64,000 bases of DNA from Raja brachyura. Taxonomy: Eukaryota. The stretch lies in the NCBI GenBank assembly GCA_963514005.1, contig OY740783.1:71858001-71922000 (forward strand), read 5' to 3'. Shown here in pieces: positions 1-12,694 of this stretch (its first letter is position 1; the number at the start of each line of letters is the position of its first letter). The notes beneath the pieces were generated by a model, which worked only from the letters and a program-made list of their open reading frames with translations, was not told the origin of the DNA and searched no databases. Position numbers and translations under genes: made by a program.

Positions 1-2
1 CC

Positions 3-130
3 TACCATTTCAAGCAGGGAGCAAGGCCACCAAATTCAAGTGCAGTTTAATACCATTTCAAGCAGGGTGCAAGGCCACCAAATTCAAATGCAGTTTCATA
101 CCATTTCAAGTAGGGTGCAAGGCCATTAAA
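3..130. repeat. Tandem repeat, about 48-49-bp unit, about 2.7 copies visible
   Basis: taccatttcaagcagggtgcaaggccaccaaattcaaRtgcagttt repeated. Confidence 0.85.
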
Positions 131-432
131 GACAGAGGTGTGACTTCAGGCAGAGACTGAGCCACGTCCACACTTCCAGGTTTTATTATCCCTCCCACCA
201 GAAGGGTCATAGCCTTCATGCCGTGATTGACAGGAGAGAGAATCTCAACATTTTTTAAACACTAATAACTCTTATTTTTCATCGATGGGAAATATGGTCG
301 GCACCTGATGAGCGGAGGTGGGCTCTGAGTAAGATGGCCAAAAATCACAGCCGTACATGGCAGCGTTTTTCCTAAAATCAATATACAGCGCAAACAGGAA
401 GTGGTCAAGATTAGACTTTTAATTATATAGAC

Positions 433-1020
433 GGCAAGGCAACTTTAGCATTCTCAAACCAACTTTTCAATTAGGCAAGGTAAGTTTAGCATTCTAAAAA
501 CCAACTTTTCAATTAGGCAAAGCAACTTTAGCAATCTCAAACCAACTTTTCAATAAGGCAACTTTTGCATTCTCAAACTAACTTTTCAATTAGGCAAGGC
601 ATTCTCAAGGCAACTTTTCAATTAGGCAATGCATTCTCAAACCTACTTTTCAATTAGGTAAGGCATTCTCAAATCAACTTTTCAATTAGGCAAGGCAAAT
701 TTAGCATTCTCAAACCAACTTTTCAATTAGGCAAGGCATTCTCAAGCCAACTTTTCAATTAGACAAGGCATTCTCAAATCAACTTTTCAATTAGGCAAGG
801 CAACTTTAGCATTCTCAAACCAACTTCTCACTTAGGCAAGGAATTCTCAAACCAACTTTTCAATTAGGCAAGGCAACTTTTGCATTCTCAAACCAACTTT
901 TCAATTAGGCAAGGCAACTTTAGCATTCTCAAACCAACTTTTCAATTAGGCAAGGCACCTTTTGCATTCTCAAACCAACTTTTCAATTAGGCAAGGCAAC
1001 TTTTGCATTCTCAAACCAAA
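433..1020. repeat. Minisatellite of 41-bp units (ggcaaggcaactttagcattctcaaaccaacttttcaatta) mixed with a 32-bp deletion variant, about 16 units
   Basis: Read directly; the units abut with no unique spacers. Confidence 0.95.
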
Positions 1021-2365
1021 AAATACGTTTGCATTTGCAAACTACATTTTCAAACCACATTAAGGGCACTGACAGGTCAGTAAAACCACTCACAGTTTAG
1101 TAGACATGTATTCAGTGTTATTCACACCACAGACTGAGAATTGCGACATCTCGCCCCCCCCCCCCCCCCCCTCCCCCCATCTTTCAGAGAACTGAGGCAC
1201 CTCCATACTTCCATGTTTTATAGTCCCTCCGGAAGGGGCGTGGCCTTCAGGAGAGAGAATCTCAACATTTTTTAAACCTTAATGTCTTTTATTTTTCATC
1301 GATGGGAAAAATCCTCTTGTCCTGACCAGCGGAGGGGGACTCTGAGTCCAAAGATGGCCAAAGATCACAGCTGTAAGTGGCAGCGTTTTTTCTAAAATTA
1401 ATGTAGAGTGCAACAGGAAGTGGCCAAGATCAGACTTTTAGTAATATAGAAGATGCAACAATGGGATAACAAGCAACTTTTTATTTTATTGGGAATTTCC
1501 CTATCGTGTTTCAAGACAATGATTGAAAAATATATGGTATATAAATTTAAATATATATCTGCTCAAAATTAATCATTCAAATTCTGAACCCACAAATTAA
1601 ATATTGTGTAACGGTTTAAATTATGCTTTTACGCAAACAATTAACTGAAGAACTTAAGATGAACTTTTCACATTACATTGCAACTTTCACATTTTTAATC
1701 TTCACCATTAGCAATTACCTTAGGAATGAAAGGCTCATTGTTCTTAGTGGTGGAGTTTAATGCCCATGATAATCATATTTCATGCTTCAAAATATTACAG
1801 AAATGGAAGAGGGTTAGAACAACTTGCATTTAAACTTTAACCTACTGAAAATGCTGCAAGGTGCTTTAGCAGTAGAGGAAAGAAAAATGAATGAACCCAG
1901 AGCAAGAGTTAGGAGAAATTAATGCTGGCATATTTCAAGATGTCAATTTGGAAGTGCTGCACAATGAAGTAAGATGGAGAGGTTTAAGATGTGGTTTAAG
2001 ATAGTACTTGTGGTGGTATGATCTTACTGGGAATTCGTATATAGCCTCCCTTCATGACGAAGTTTGATGCAGTACAGTGCAGTATCATTGTGACTATGCA
2101 GAAGCATTAGTCATTAATTTTTATTTTAAGAATTAAATCAGTACATTAGATTATGTGTGGCTATTGTTTTCTAATGGTCAGAACCTATTTCCTGGGTAAA
2201 TGTCAAATACTTGAGGACATTGCTATAAGGTTAGAGCGAGAAAGTTTAAAGGAGATGTGTATGGAAGGTTTTTTTTTAGAAGCAGATATGATAATGGGGG
2301 TTCAAAGGCTTTTTTATATACGCATGATATGTAGGGAATGGAAGGATATGGAGCATTAGGACTGC

Positions 2366-2640
2366 ACTGTGGTGCAGCAGTAGAGTTGCTGCCTTACAGC
2401 GCTTACGAGTTCGATCCCGACTATGGGTGCTGTCTGGACGGAGTTTGTACGTTCGTTCTCCCTGTGACCACGTTCGTTTTCCCCCAAAGACCTACAGGTT
2501 TGTAGGTCAATTGGCTTGGTATAAGTGTCCCTGGTTTGTGTAGGATAGTGATAGTGTGTGGGGATCACTGGTCGGAGTGGACTCGGTGGGCCGAAGGGCC
2601 TGTTTCTGCACTGTATCTCTAAAACTAAAAAAACTAAAAT
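2366..2640 (+). mobile_element. tRNA-derived V-SINE (HE1-like elasmobranch SINE)
   Basis: A-box-like tggtgcagcagtagag, B-box gttcgatccc, V-domain ggagtttgtacgtt, CR1-like tail gggccgaagggcctgtttc...gtatctct(aaaact)n. Confidence 0.85.
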
Positions 2641-3349
2641 TTGCAGGCAGATGGTTAGTTTAAGTAGGTATAATGTTCGGCACAGACGTTGTGGGTCGAA
2701 GGGACTTTTCATGTGTTGTATGTTTGTCTGATTCAAGTCAGCAAAGCACATTCTTGTGCAACCTTTGCTCACACTGGGGTTGGCCGCTGTTCAGTTTGCT
2801 ACCAGGATGCAATTTGACTCCGTCCAATTTGCTATTGCTGGGATATTTCATTTACTCATATTCCATTATGACATAGAAATAACTATTCAACTCAACAAGT
2901 GCAAGTTCTCTAGTCTGCACTTTTGTGCATTTGTAAATGGCTGTGATCATTCCACCTCCAGTAATCTTGTGTCTGAAGTCAGTAAAATGTTTAAATGACA
3001 TAGCATGCAAAATTGATCATCTGTGATTAATTATGGAACTTGTCTGGAATGCTAGTTTTTAATTCTTTCCATTTGCTGAAGCCATTCATGCTTATTTCTA
3101 ATTATGTCCTTTGGCAATTACATCTATGTTGTATTGTTATATGCCTGTGTTATTTCTTATGGTACTGAGGCCAGTTACATTGTCTTCACTCTTGTCACAC
3201 GAGAATTCACTTAATTCACAATATTAGAATAAAACCTATATTTTTCTCAACCCTAACTTTAAATGTAGTTTTTAAATGTAATTTTCCTGACCTATGAGGA
3301 GGGTCCTTCTTTGGAACATCGAGGTGAATTTCAAGTGATGTTATAATTA

Positions 3350-4270
3350 ATTTGATGTTCTCCTGTTTGCTTTGGGCCACATTCTGACAGTGGAGGAGGC
3401 CCAGGACAGAAAAGTCTGTAAGGCAATGGGAAGGGGAGTTAAAGTGTTTAGCAATCAGGATGCGTACTGAATGGAGTGGTTCAGTGAAACGATCGCCGAG
3501 CCTAAACCAAATATTGGTCTTGCCGATATATAGGAGTCCACACCTGGAATAACGGGTACAGTTGAAGAAGTTGGAGGAAGTGCAATTGAATCTCTGCCTC
3601 ACCTGAAAGGATTGTCGGGTTCCTTGGATGGAGTCGAAGGGGGAGGTATAGCGACAAGTGTTGCATCGCCTGCCGTTGCAGGGGAAAGTACCTGGGAAAG
3701 GGGTGGTTTGGATGGGAAGGGATGAGTTTACCAGGAAGTTGAGGAGGGAGTGTTCTCTGCAGAAAGCAGAAAGGGGTGAAGATGTGAAGATGAGAAGATG
3801 TGGCGTAGTGTGATCCTGTTGAAGGTGGCAAAAATGACGGAGCATTATCTGTTGTATGCGTCGGCTGATGGGGTGAAAGGTGACTCAATTTTCCAGTCAC
3901 CTTTCTGGAACTCTGTCCCTGTTGTGACTAAAGGGGGAGGGGGAGGGGAGGGGGAGCATGGGCAGAGCTGCGAGGTACTGAGGAGACCTGTTTGAGGGCC
4001 TCATCTATGATGGAAGAGGAGAATCCCCGTTCCCTAAAGAATGAGGACACCACATCTTGGGTGCAGATGTGGCATAGACGGAGGAATTGGGAGTAAGGGA
4101 TAGAGTGTTTACTAGAGAAGGTGGGGAGAAGTGTAATTTAGATAGCTGTGGGAGTCATTAGGTTTATAATAGATGCAGATATAATAGATGCAGATATAAT
4201 TAATCTATAATAGAGCATTGTCTGCTTTGATCTGTCATTTTTACACCTTACCCTTCCATATCTCTTGTCT
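3350..4270 (-). mobile_element. Penelope-like retroelement remnant, GIY-YIG endonuclease region
   Basis: ORF 3216-3845(-) contains PGTFPCNGRRCNTC...RCGLLYIGKT...RLGDRFTE...AKHFNSPSH, the CxxC plus YIG pattern of the PLE endonuclease; degraded. Confidence 0.85.
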
Positions 4271-4282
4271 CCCCCACCCCCG

Positions 4283-4372
4283 CCTGTCTGAAGAAAAGTC
4301 TTGACCCGAAACGTCACCCATTCCTTCTCTCCAGAGATGCTGCTTTTTCCACTGAGTTACTCCTGCATTTTG
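4283..4372 (+). mobile_element. Penelope terminal-repeat fragment with hammerhead-like core, inverted relative to the adjacent PLE body
   Basis: gtctgaagaaaagtcttgacccgaaacgtcacccattccttctctccagagatgctgc. Confidence 0.7.
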
Positions 4373-5289
4373 TTCACCGCCATTCAATGTGATCATGGCT
4401 GATCATCCCCAATTCAATGAAAAAGGTGTAAGGAATATTTCAAGGAAGAGACAAGGATATTCCAGAGATTAGAACGTAGATTGCCAAGGGCAATTAAGCC
4501 ACGATTAATAGAAAACCGGAGTGCATAAGATACCAAGTTCGGAAGTGAGTGAAATTCAGGAAGGTTTGGAGGACTGGAAGAGGATACAATGATTGGGAAA
4601 GGAAACATCAGAAAGGGCACAGAACTGAAAAGTTCAAATTTGTCTCTCCAGATGTTAAACGTCTGTAAATCTCATTTAGCTTTCCTCTTCCTAAAAAAAT
4701 ATTGTGCATGAAATTGATCATGCGTGGGATTGTAAAATGTATGGTGTTAAATCAATCACCCACTTACCACAATTTTCTTTATTTCCATTAAGTGCAGAGC
4801 ATAAAATGGGCTGTGAATTCCATCCCTTTTGCATTTGCCTGTAAATTCAGACGTCTGCTGTAAAGACTATACAATTATTACATTGGCTAAGATCATTTTA
4901 AAATACTTTTCACCACAAGAGTAGGCATTGGTCCAAGTTGAACTGCAATTAGAGTTACAATACGTCACCTTGGACTCCCATTGTCAGAGCACGATCCCTC
5001 ATTTTAGTTACGGGTCTCATGTCAAATAATCTGGAAAATCAAGATACACTTATCCTGTAAGAGTACCTTCAACAGTCAACTGTCACACCTTCAAAGAACT
5101 TTAAAAATCTTCTTTGACCTGCTTTTCTTGGACATTGAATGGCAGCCATTATTTTTAATTAAGATTGAAATTGTTTTATTTGGAAATACAGAAAAGGAAA
5201 CTATTTTAGTTGTGCAGTACTTAATGTTATGGTAGTTTCTGTGGAGTGTATCTTTGATGTTGGTATATGGATATGGTATGGAAAGTGGG

Positions 5290-5379
5290 CAAAACGTTGG
5301 AGTAACTCAGCGGGTCAGGCAGCATCTCTGGAGAGAAGAAATGGGTGACGTTTCGGGTTGAGACCCTTCTTCAGACTGA
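5290..5379 (-). mobile_element. Penelope terminal-repeat fragment with hammerhead-like core
   Basis: Reverse complement reads tcagtCTGAAGAagggtctcaacccGAAACgtcacccatttcttctctccagagatgctgcctgacccgctgagttactcc. Confidence 0.7.
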
Positions 5380-6160
5380 TGTTTGAAAAGTGATATGAAA
5401 AGTGAGCATAGGTTGTAACTAATTATTTACAGATAAAATTCATCTGTCCTGTGACGGCATTCTGAAGTGTTCTTCATGACAAATTAAACCAAAATAAAAG
5501 AAAAGCAGCACCTCAATTGTGCATCACCAAAATATTTTCAGTTACAAAAATCATCATATCTTCAGCATAAAAAACAACATAGTAAAACGAGTGGAGAAAG
5601 GACATTTCTGCATTAGGTTGGAGTTATAGATTGATTCTGCAATTTCAATACATCTGAAATTTGATTATTTCCAAAATAGCATGAGATTATGATCAAAACC
5701 AAAATAAAGTGTGTGCCACACTAGAAAGTTGACTGGCATTGCCGGGTCTGATCTGCTTTTCAATTCTGCATCAGTTGCAGACAGGATGAAATCCTTTTTG
5801 AACATTGCACAGGAAACTAGGTCAGTTTCTTCTGAGGTTCACTATTTGTTGAATATAAGAATACTTCTCAGAATGTTATACAAAGTCCCAAATATTATTC
5901 CTTAGTTGACTTAATGAGTTAAAAAAAAAAACATGAACTCTGGCAGTATAAACAGAATAAATGCTGCTTCCGCTGACTCTTTTGCATGTCTGTTTAATAA
6001 GGTAATGACAATGGTGGACATGGAAACAAACATAAAGTTTTGAAGGATGATAACACCCAAGTAACAGTGGTTGCTGTGACAACATTCTAGCAAAAGTCAT
6101 ACTGTCATCCACATCATTCTGAATTAAATTAGAAGAGCAAAAATCAACTTGTATCCCTGG

Positions 6161-6330
6161 NNNNNNNNNNNNNNNNNNNNNNNNNNNNNNNNNNNNNNNN
6201 NNNNNNNNNNNNNNNNNNNNNNNNNNNNNNNNNNNNNNNNNNNNNNNNNNNNNNNNNNNNNNNNNNNNNNNNNNNNNNNNNNNNNNNNNNNNNNNNNNNN
6301 NNNNNNNNNNNNNNNNNNNNNNNNNNNNNT
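6161..6330. other. Assembly gap (170 N)
   Basis: Run of n. Confidence 1.
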
Positions 6331-6471
6331 AATGTGGTTTAAAAATATAGTTTGGAAATGCTAAAGCTGTGTTACCTTTGGTTTGGAAATGCTAAAGCTG
6401 TGTTGCCTAATTAAAGTTGCGATGGCCTCTATATAATTAAAAGTCTAATCTTGACCACTTCCCGTTTGCGA
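6331..6471 (+). mobile_element. Fragment of the same Helitron-like/minisatellite family as 1-1453, in opposite orientation, abutting the gap
   Basis: tctatataattaaaagtctaatcttgaccacttcccgtttgcg is close to the reverse complement of about 388-431; preceded by gtttggaaatgctaaagctgtgtt repeats related to the minisatellite. Confidence 0.75.
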
Positions 6472-7805
6472 CACTAAATGTCGCCTATTCCTTGTCTACC
6501 TTTGATTTTTCCAGCATCTGCAGTTCTTTCTTAAACATCCAATAAACAGGAGTACTCTCTTATACTATTTTCCATTGCCACAGACCCTTTTACATTTTAC
6601 CAAGTGGGAAAACATTAGACGTTAATGTCTCCTCTTTAGCAATGACTGCACTGATACATTAGATCATGTTCCTGCAGTAAACAAATTCATCTATTCAGCA
6701 GGCCAGGGAGCATCCTGACTAATCCGCAGCCTGAACTACTGTGTATTTCTCACATTTTCTGTCATTATTTCAGATATCCTCCATTTGCAGTTTTTGCTTA
6801 TGTTTCTGGAGGGAGGCTTAAATCCATCCCTTTTTGAGAGTTTTCAAAGAGTTTATTGAGTGAGGCAAGACCAATGAGATATCAAAATATAAAAAGTAAC
6901 CGTTTACTGTAAAATACAATTGTTACTTTGCATTAACACCAGATTTTCCCAACCAACTTGCCCCAAGTCATCTAGTATTTTGTGCAAAGTGCAACTATAA
7001 TAATGTTCCATATTACAATGTATTGCATTTTAAACTACAATAACATTAAACATGATTTAATGAACCAAGTTCACCTACTGGTGCAATTAGTTAAGTAATT
7101 AATGAGATTGTTCCCTATTTTTTTCAAAGAATCTTTCAAATAATATTTCAGTTTTTCCCAATTTCTCCCTTACTTTGATGAACAGTGAATCAACAACTTT
7201 TGGATGAATACTCTTAGCATATTCATATTCCTAACCTAACTGCTAGATGAACCTCTTGCAGTTTTATGGGATTTACAGTATCTTATAGCATATGTATTCC
7301 TATTTTTTTTATCGTTCTTAATACTGAAATTGTGCTCCTTTTCCATGTTTAGTTAGCTTTATATTAAAAGTGAGCTTTCTTTTTTCTTAGTCCATTGTGC
7401 AACCAAGCATCATGGAAAGATCCATCAGACTCTTGTGTCTCCAATGTATTCTTACCCAGCTAAAAAAATATTTTTTTACCTTTCTAAACATCTTTAGCCA
7501 ATTGTTTTTCATGACTCCCATCAGGAATTACAGGATTCCAGCAGCTCATTGAAAAAACGAGCCTAATTTGCTTGAAATAGACTGAACTAATGTAGGGCAA
7601 CAAATGTATATCTGGATACTGATCAAATTAAATGGGTGTATATAATGGGGAAGATTATCATATTCCATGAACACTGGCTGCCTGCATTCGTATCAGATTG
7701 TTTCTTCTGCCATGTTCCAGGTTCCAAGGTTCCTGAATTCCAGCTCATTGTTAAGATACAATCAGCATTGTTCTACATCGGAACTCACTCGGTGTAAGAG
7801 TCTAA

Positions 7806-8636
7806 AGGGGCTGTCCCCTGTGGCAATCTAATTCGCGAGTTCAGAAGAATTTGCCCTTGACTCGTACTCGCAGCATGGTCGACACGAGGTCCTAGGAGGT
7901 CTTTGTAACTCTCCTTCATGCTCGTGAGTAGTCCCCGCGTACTTGAGGCCTCAGCTAGGTTGCGGCGTGTTTATCAATTTGTTGAAAAGTGCCCGCGAGT
8001 AAAAAAAGGGCGCCATGGAAAAATATCAATTTTTTTTTACTCGTAGGTTTAGTCGAGGTGGGTCGTAGTAGGTCGGCATGTTATTTGTAGGTAATCGAGG
8101 GTAGTCGTAGATAGGAAGCCTGACTGAAGCTTGAACCCAGGATTAGATGAATAGTTATGTTTTATAATCTACGGACCTATCTCCTAAGGTGTATTATTGG
8201 TAACTTATTCTATCCTTTTTTATTGTTTTTTTCTCTCCTTTCTTCCTATCTACTTTAAATATATACAAATAGAAGCAGAGTTAATATGCAATTAATAAAT
8301 GAAGACCCGTACTACTTTGATAACTGGAATCCCACCCATGAACAATATGTAACTGATAAACAAAACGTGTTTTGATTATGATATGTATATGCTTCTAAGA
8401 GAAATATATATATTTTTTAAACATAGTCAAAGGGAGGTCAAAGGAGGTCATCTTCACTCCATTATTCGGTGTCCAATTTTCCTAAAGCTGGTCTTCAACC
8501 TAGTCGAAGGAGGTCTTCCACATGGTCGAAGGAGGTCTTCCACATGGTCGAAGGAGGTTGTCAACATGACACTTTTTCAAACTCTCCTAAACTCTTCTAA
8601 ACTCGCCTATTAGGTCGCCACAGTGGGACAGCCCCT
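7806..8636. mobile_element. PIF/Harbinger-type MITE with TAA target-site duplication
   Basis: taa|AGGGGCTGTCCC.TGTGGC...GCGAGTT.AGAAGA ... TCTTCTAAACTCGC...GCCACAGTGGGACAGCCCCT|taa; about 45-bp imperfect TIR; unrelated AT-rich insert at about 8115-8420. Confidence 0.85.
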
Positions 8637-8721
8637 TAACCTACTGATGGCATTGGTAGTAATTGAGACACTGCCACCAGGTTCATTGGGTGTTAAAACT
8701 TGTTATTGGGTGTATGAAAAG

Positions 8722-8937
8722 TGTTGTGTATTTGGGTACTTGGAACTGACTTAAAAGAACACTCGGATACGGGAGTAAACTAACAAGCTTCTTTATTCCA
8801 GGACGCCACCTTGAGTTTCCCCCAGCGCATGCGTCCCCTCGCACAAGACATAACATATGCTAATTATATCACATACATCACACTGATCCCCTTTTAACTT
8901 GGAGGCAGGTAACACCAATTATATAATATACACCACA
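8722..8937 (-). mobile_element. Solo LTR (216 bp) with 5-bp TSD AAAAG
   Basis: aaaag|TGTTGTG...CACCACA|aaaag; TG..CA ends, short inverted termini, tttatt (AATAAA on - strand). Confidence 0.75.
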
Positions 8938-9884
8938 AAAAGGTATTTGAGCTGCTTTATAAACGTTGAAAACATAAATTTAAAGTATTGAAATACATGT
9001 GTGCATACACACATGGTGCTGTAAATGAATTTTAAAATACTTAATTTTAATTGAATCAAATAATAATCTCTCCTCTGCTGACAGCTGATTTCTCCTATTT
9101 GTTTTAATGCCAGGTTTAATCTGGCATAAACTCAATGGGCAGAATTCCCAGCCTGAGACCTGGAAACTGCAAACTTGGCAGAGATCCTTTGGGCTCCATG
9201 AGTCCACCAGTGCACTATTTATGTCTTGGGGCCAATGCTCTCCTGAGCAGAAGCCTTTGCTGTGCAGGTTGTTCTACTGTCCAACCGAGTCATGGGCTTG
9301 TCTGCTCAGCAGAAGATCTGTACTGACGTGTAAATATTTGTTATTTGTAGATTAACGTTAAATACAGCTGCTTTTGCAGGTATCCATTGGAAGTATGCAC
9401 GTATGTATCTATTACTGATTCGTCTCACAGTATAGATTTAGACACATTAAGATACTTTAGCAAGTTTTTAATAAACTTGCCTAAGCAAGTTAGAAAGCAT
9501 CCTTTCATGCTTTGAACAACACTCTTCAAGCTGAGTTTTGCTAAGAATTTCAGATATCAGTTGCACTGTGTGAAGTACATTCCATGTACTTAATATAGTG
9601 GTTTGGTGGATCACAGCTGAGGCGTGTTTTCCAAATGCTAGCAAGGTCTAGACAAAATCAAATTGTACTTAATTTGTGACCCTTTAAATTCCCTTTAGAA
9701 TGTATTTGGCTTGATTGAATTCCCCTTGCCTTGCTCCTGATTAGTTTTTATGACACCAAAGAAAGAAGGAACTTACATTTTTATAGAAGTAGTAATGGCC
9801 ACAGGACATCCTGATGAACTTCACAGCCAGTAAAACGCTACTGAAATACAGCCGCAATTGTAATGCAGGGAACTATTAGATTCC

Positions 9885-10190
9885 CTTTAGTTTAATTTAG
9901 AGATACAGTGTTAGAATGGGCCCTCCGGACCACAGGGTCCACTCCGATCCATAACCCGTACACTAGTTCTACATTATCCCATTTTAGTACCCAACATGCT
10001 AAAGGCAATTTACGAATTAACTTACAAACCTGCATGTCTTTGGGATGTGGGAGGAACTCTGCGGAGCACCTGGAAAAAACCCACATAGTCACAAGGAGAA
10101 CCTCCAAACTCTGCACAGACAGCACTCATCGATAGGTTTGAACACAGGTCACTGGCGCTGTGAGATATCAGCTCTTCCACTGCGCCACTG
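9885..10190 (-). mobile_element. HE1-like V-SINE
   Basis: tttagtttaatttagagatacagtg tail; caaactctgcacagacagcac V-domain; cagctcttccactgcgccactg head. Confidence 0.8.
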
Positions 10191-10399
10191 TAACGCCCTT
10201 TGTTTTCAGTAAAAAGCATGTTAAGCAATCGCATAAATGGACAGACAATGCAGCAGATTTGTTGATGGGCAGCCATTAATCAACAGTTTTCTTGACATAG
10301 TTGAATCAAGCAAGGATTTCTGTAGAAAATCGTCCCATATAGTAAAAGTGGGGTTTAATTTATTCTGTTGCCGTTGGTTCTGGAAATACCCAGTATATG

Positions 10400-10670
10400 G
10401 GCTGGCACAGTGATGCAATTAGTTTTGCTGCTGCTTCACAGCTCTAGCCATCTGAGTGCAGTCTAGACCTTTGCTTCTGTCTAAGTCCAGTTTGCGCGTC
10501 CTCCCTCGTGAGATTCCCTCTACTCACCAAAAATTAACAATTTCCTAGCTTAAATGGCCACTGTACATTGCTACTAGAGCAGCAAAATGTGGGAAATCTG
10601 ATGGGAATGTGTAGAGAGTAAAATGGGATTACAAGTGAGCAAATTGGCCTGGTTCCAGGCTGTATGACTA
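10400..10670 (+). mobile_element. Degraded V-SINE
   Basis: ggcacagtgatgcaattag...ctgcttcacagctc...agtttgcgcgtcctcc...ctgtatgactatga. Confidence 0.55.
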
Positions 10671-12694
10671 TGATACAACACATGGAAAGTGAATCTTAAT
10701 GCTGAACCCTGTTAGATTTCATGATGCATCTTAAGATGTAATTAAATTTTACAAAAACATGATGGATGTGCAGAAATGCAGTTCTTGTTTAGTTTCCCAT
10801 GTTTTCTAGTTACCTCAAGTGGGAGAAATAGATTTTCATTTTACCCCTGTCAGTAGTTGCAATGAAGAGCAGAAAACCATGCCCTCGCCATGGAAAATGT
10901 TACTCCCCATGTTTCTGAGTGTTGATATATCTGAGTGTTGATATATGGACATATTCAATCAAGTTTTATATTTAGTGACCAGAAAATTGACCACAGCCTA
11001 TGTTATTATTTGAACATCAAGCTGATTAAATGGAAGCAGCAATTTTGTTAAAATGAAAGCCATTTCATTAAAATATACATCTCACGCTAAAGTTCATTGG
11101 TATTCTGACAAATGGAAGAATGTCCATGATCAAATGAAGGAACATACATTTGCAAACATCAGATCACATTCTCAGTGTGAGCTAAAGCTATCATTAAAAT
11201 AATTTGTGGAGTCACAGTTATTAATCAGTTGCCAGCTATTTTGCACGCAGTAAGATGTCAAAAATAATAAATCAGATATATGATCATTTGAGATCGTACT
11301 GCAAGCCATTTGGCTCACCAAGCCCATGTCTGCTTTTTATACAGAAACTTAGTCTTGCTTCCATTGTGCTTTCTCTATAACTCTGAAAATTAATTTTACC
11401 TCAAGATAGCCCTGATCATCTTTCAGGCAGTGAATTCCTAATAACAATTATTCTGCACAAGCAATTTTCCTCATGATCCCCAGATCTTTTTGCCCTTTAC
11501 TTTGATCCTTGAAACCTTGTGCAGTTTGGATCTGATTCTCTCTGTAGTGGACTGTACACTCTAATAGATAGTGCTGGATTTGCTTTTATTTCACAATTGT
11601 TATATGTTACACAATGGTAATCCAGTGAATCCAATTAGTTTAAAGGGAGGGGAAATTACATAATCTGTCCAAATAATAGCTGCAGCTGCAAACCTATCCA
11701 CTGTCCTGACCTCCAGTGTTCCCAATCTCAACAACAGCTCCAAAGGCACATCCAGCGCAAAGTCTAATGTCAGCCTCTCAGTCGACTGAAGTCGGTGTTT
11801 AGCCTGCATATTTCTCGGTGTGACTGTTGAGACGCTGCAAAACCCAAGTGGGATTCAACGTTGGAAGGCATTTGGAATTCATTCTCCTCCACTTGCTCTA
11901 TGGCCCCCGATACACATTCTGGAGTAATGCGTGAACCAGATGTCAGACCATCAGAATATCCAAACAATCAGATCCCAGATTATTGGAGTTTTGCAAAAGA
12001 TTGTGTAATCTGGCCCCGTTGGATGAATTGTGATGATTTTTGCTGATCTCTTTAATTTTCTTGGTTACGAATTAATTAAAAAAACTATTACAGTTAGCTG
12101 TCATAATTAAAAGTTATTAAAATATTAAAAATAAAACTGAAATATAGTTTGAAAGAGATTAATACAAAAAAAAAACTTTTAGTTAAAAAATATAAATTTC
12201 CTGAAAATTTTCAAATCTCCCTCTTGGTTTCATCCTCTCCACTGAAATGAATGAAGTCAATATAAAGCCTGCAGATTTCTCAGTATATTGAAGGATCAGG
12301 CTGCATTAAGTTGTTGCTGTACCTCTAAATCCACAAGTGAGCAAATGTTAGTGTAGCCGGAATGCATCCTCACCTTCTGCTGAATTTGTCACAAAGATCC
12401 CTGAGGCGCCGAGCTTAGTGACTGAACGTTCTTTACATCTGGTGACTTAGCATGATCCTGTCCATGAATAAAAAGCAAATGTTTTTTTAAAATTTATAGT
12501 TAAATTAATTTCTCAATTGTTATTTTTAACAAGTATACTTCCAAACCTGTTTTTAAATTTATAAAATACCTTTTAAACTATTTTAAAAGTCTCCATACAT
12601 CAGTGAGATTTAAGAGTTAAAAATTCCATGGCTAGCGGCGACTTGTTAAAAGGCATTTTAGACGTGCGAGGATCGAGCTTCTCCACCTGAGACC

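Larger units (their letters stand above)
1..1453 (-). mobile_element. Composite non-autonomous Helitron-like element: two tandem copies of a ~300-bp terminal module with internal minisatellites; truncated by the window start
   Basis: About 150-431 and about 1190-1453 are direct repeats (gagagaatctcaacatttttt...catcgatgggaaa...aacaggaagtggYcaagatYagactttta). On the - strand each begins TC(T)TATAT..AAAAGTCT, resembling Helitron 5' ends. Confidence 0.55.

Noticed and set aside
433-1020. Regular ~32-41-bp repeats resembling a CRISPR array
   Set aside because: Units abut with no unique spacers, there are no cas genes, and the context is a vertebrate intron; it is a minisatellite.
2366-2430. tRNA gene (A and B boxes)
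   Set aside because: It is the head of a V-SINE; no cloverleaf, and it continues into the SINE body and LINE-derived tail.
6149-6364. 71-aa ORF
   Set aside because: Spans the N gap.
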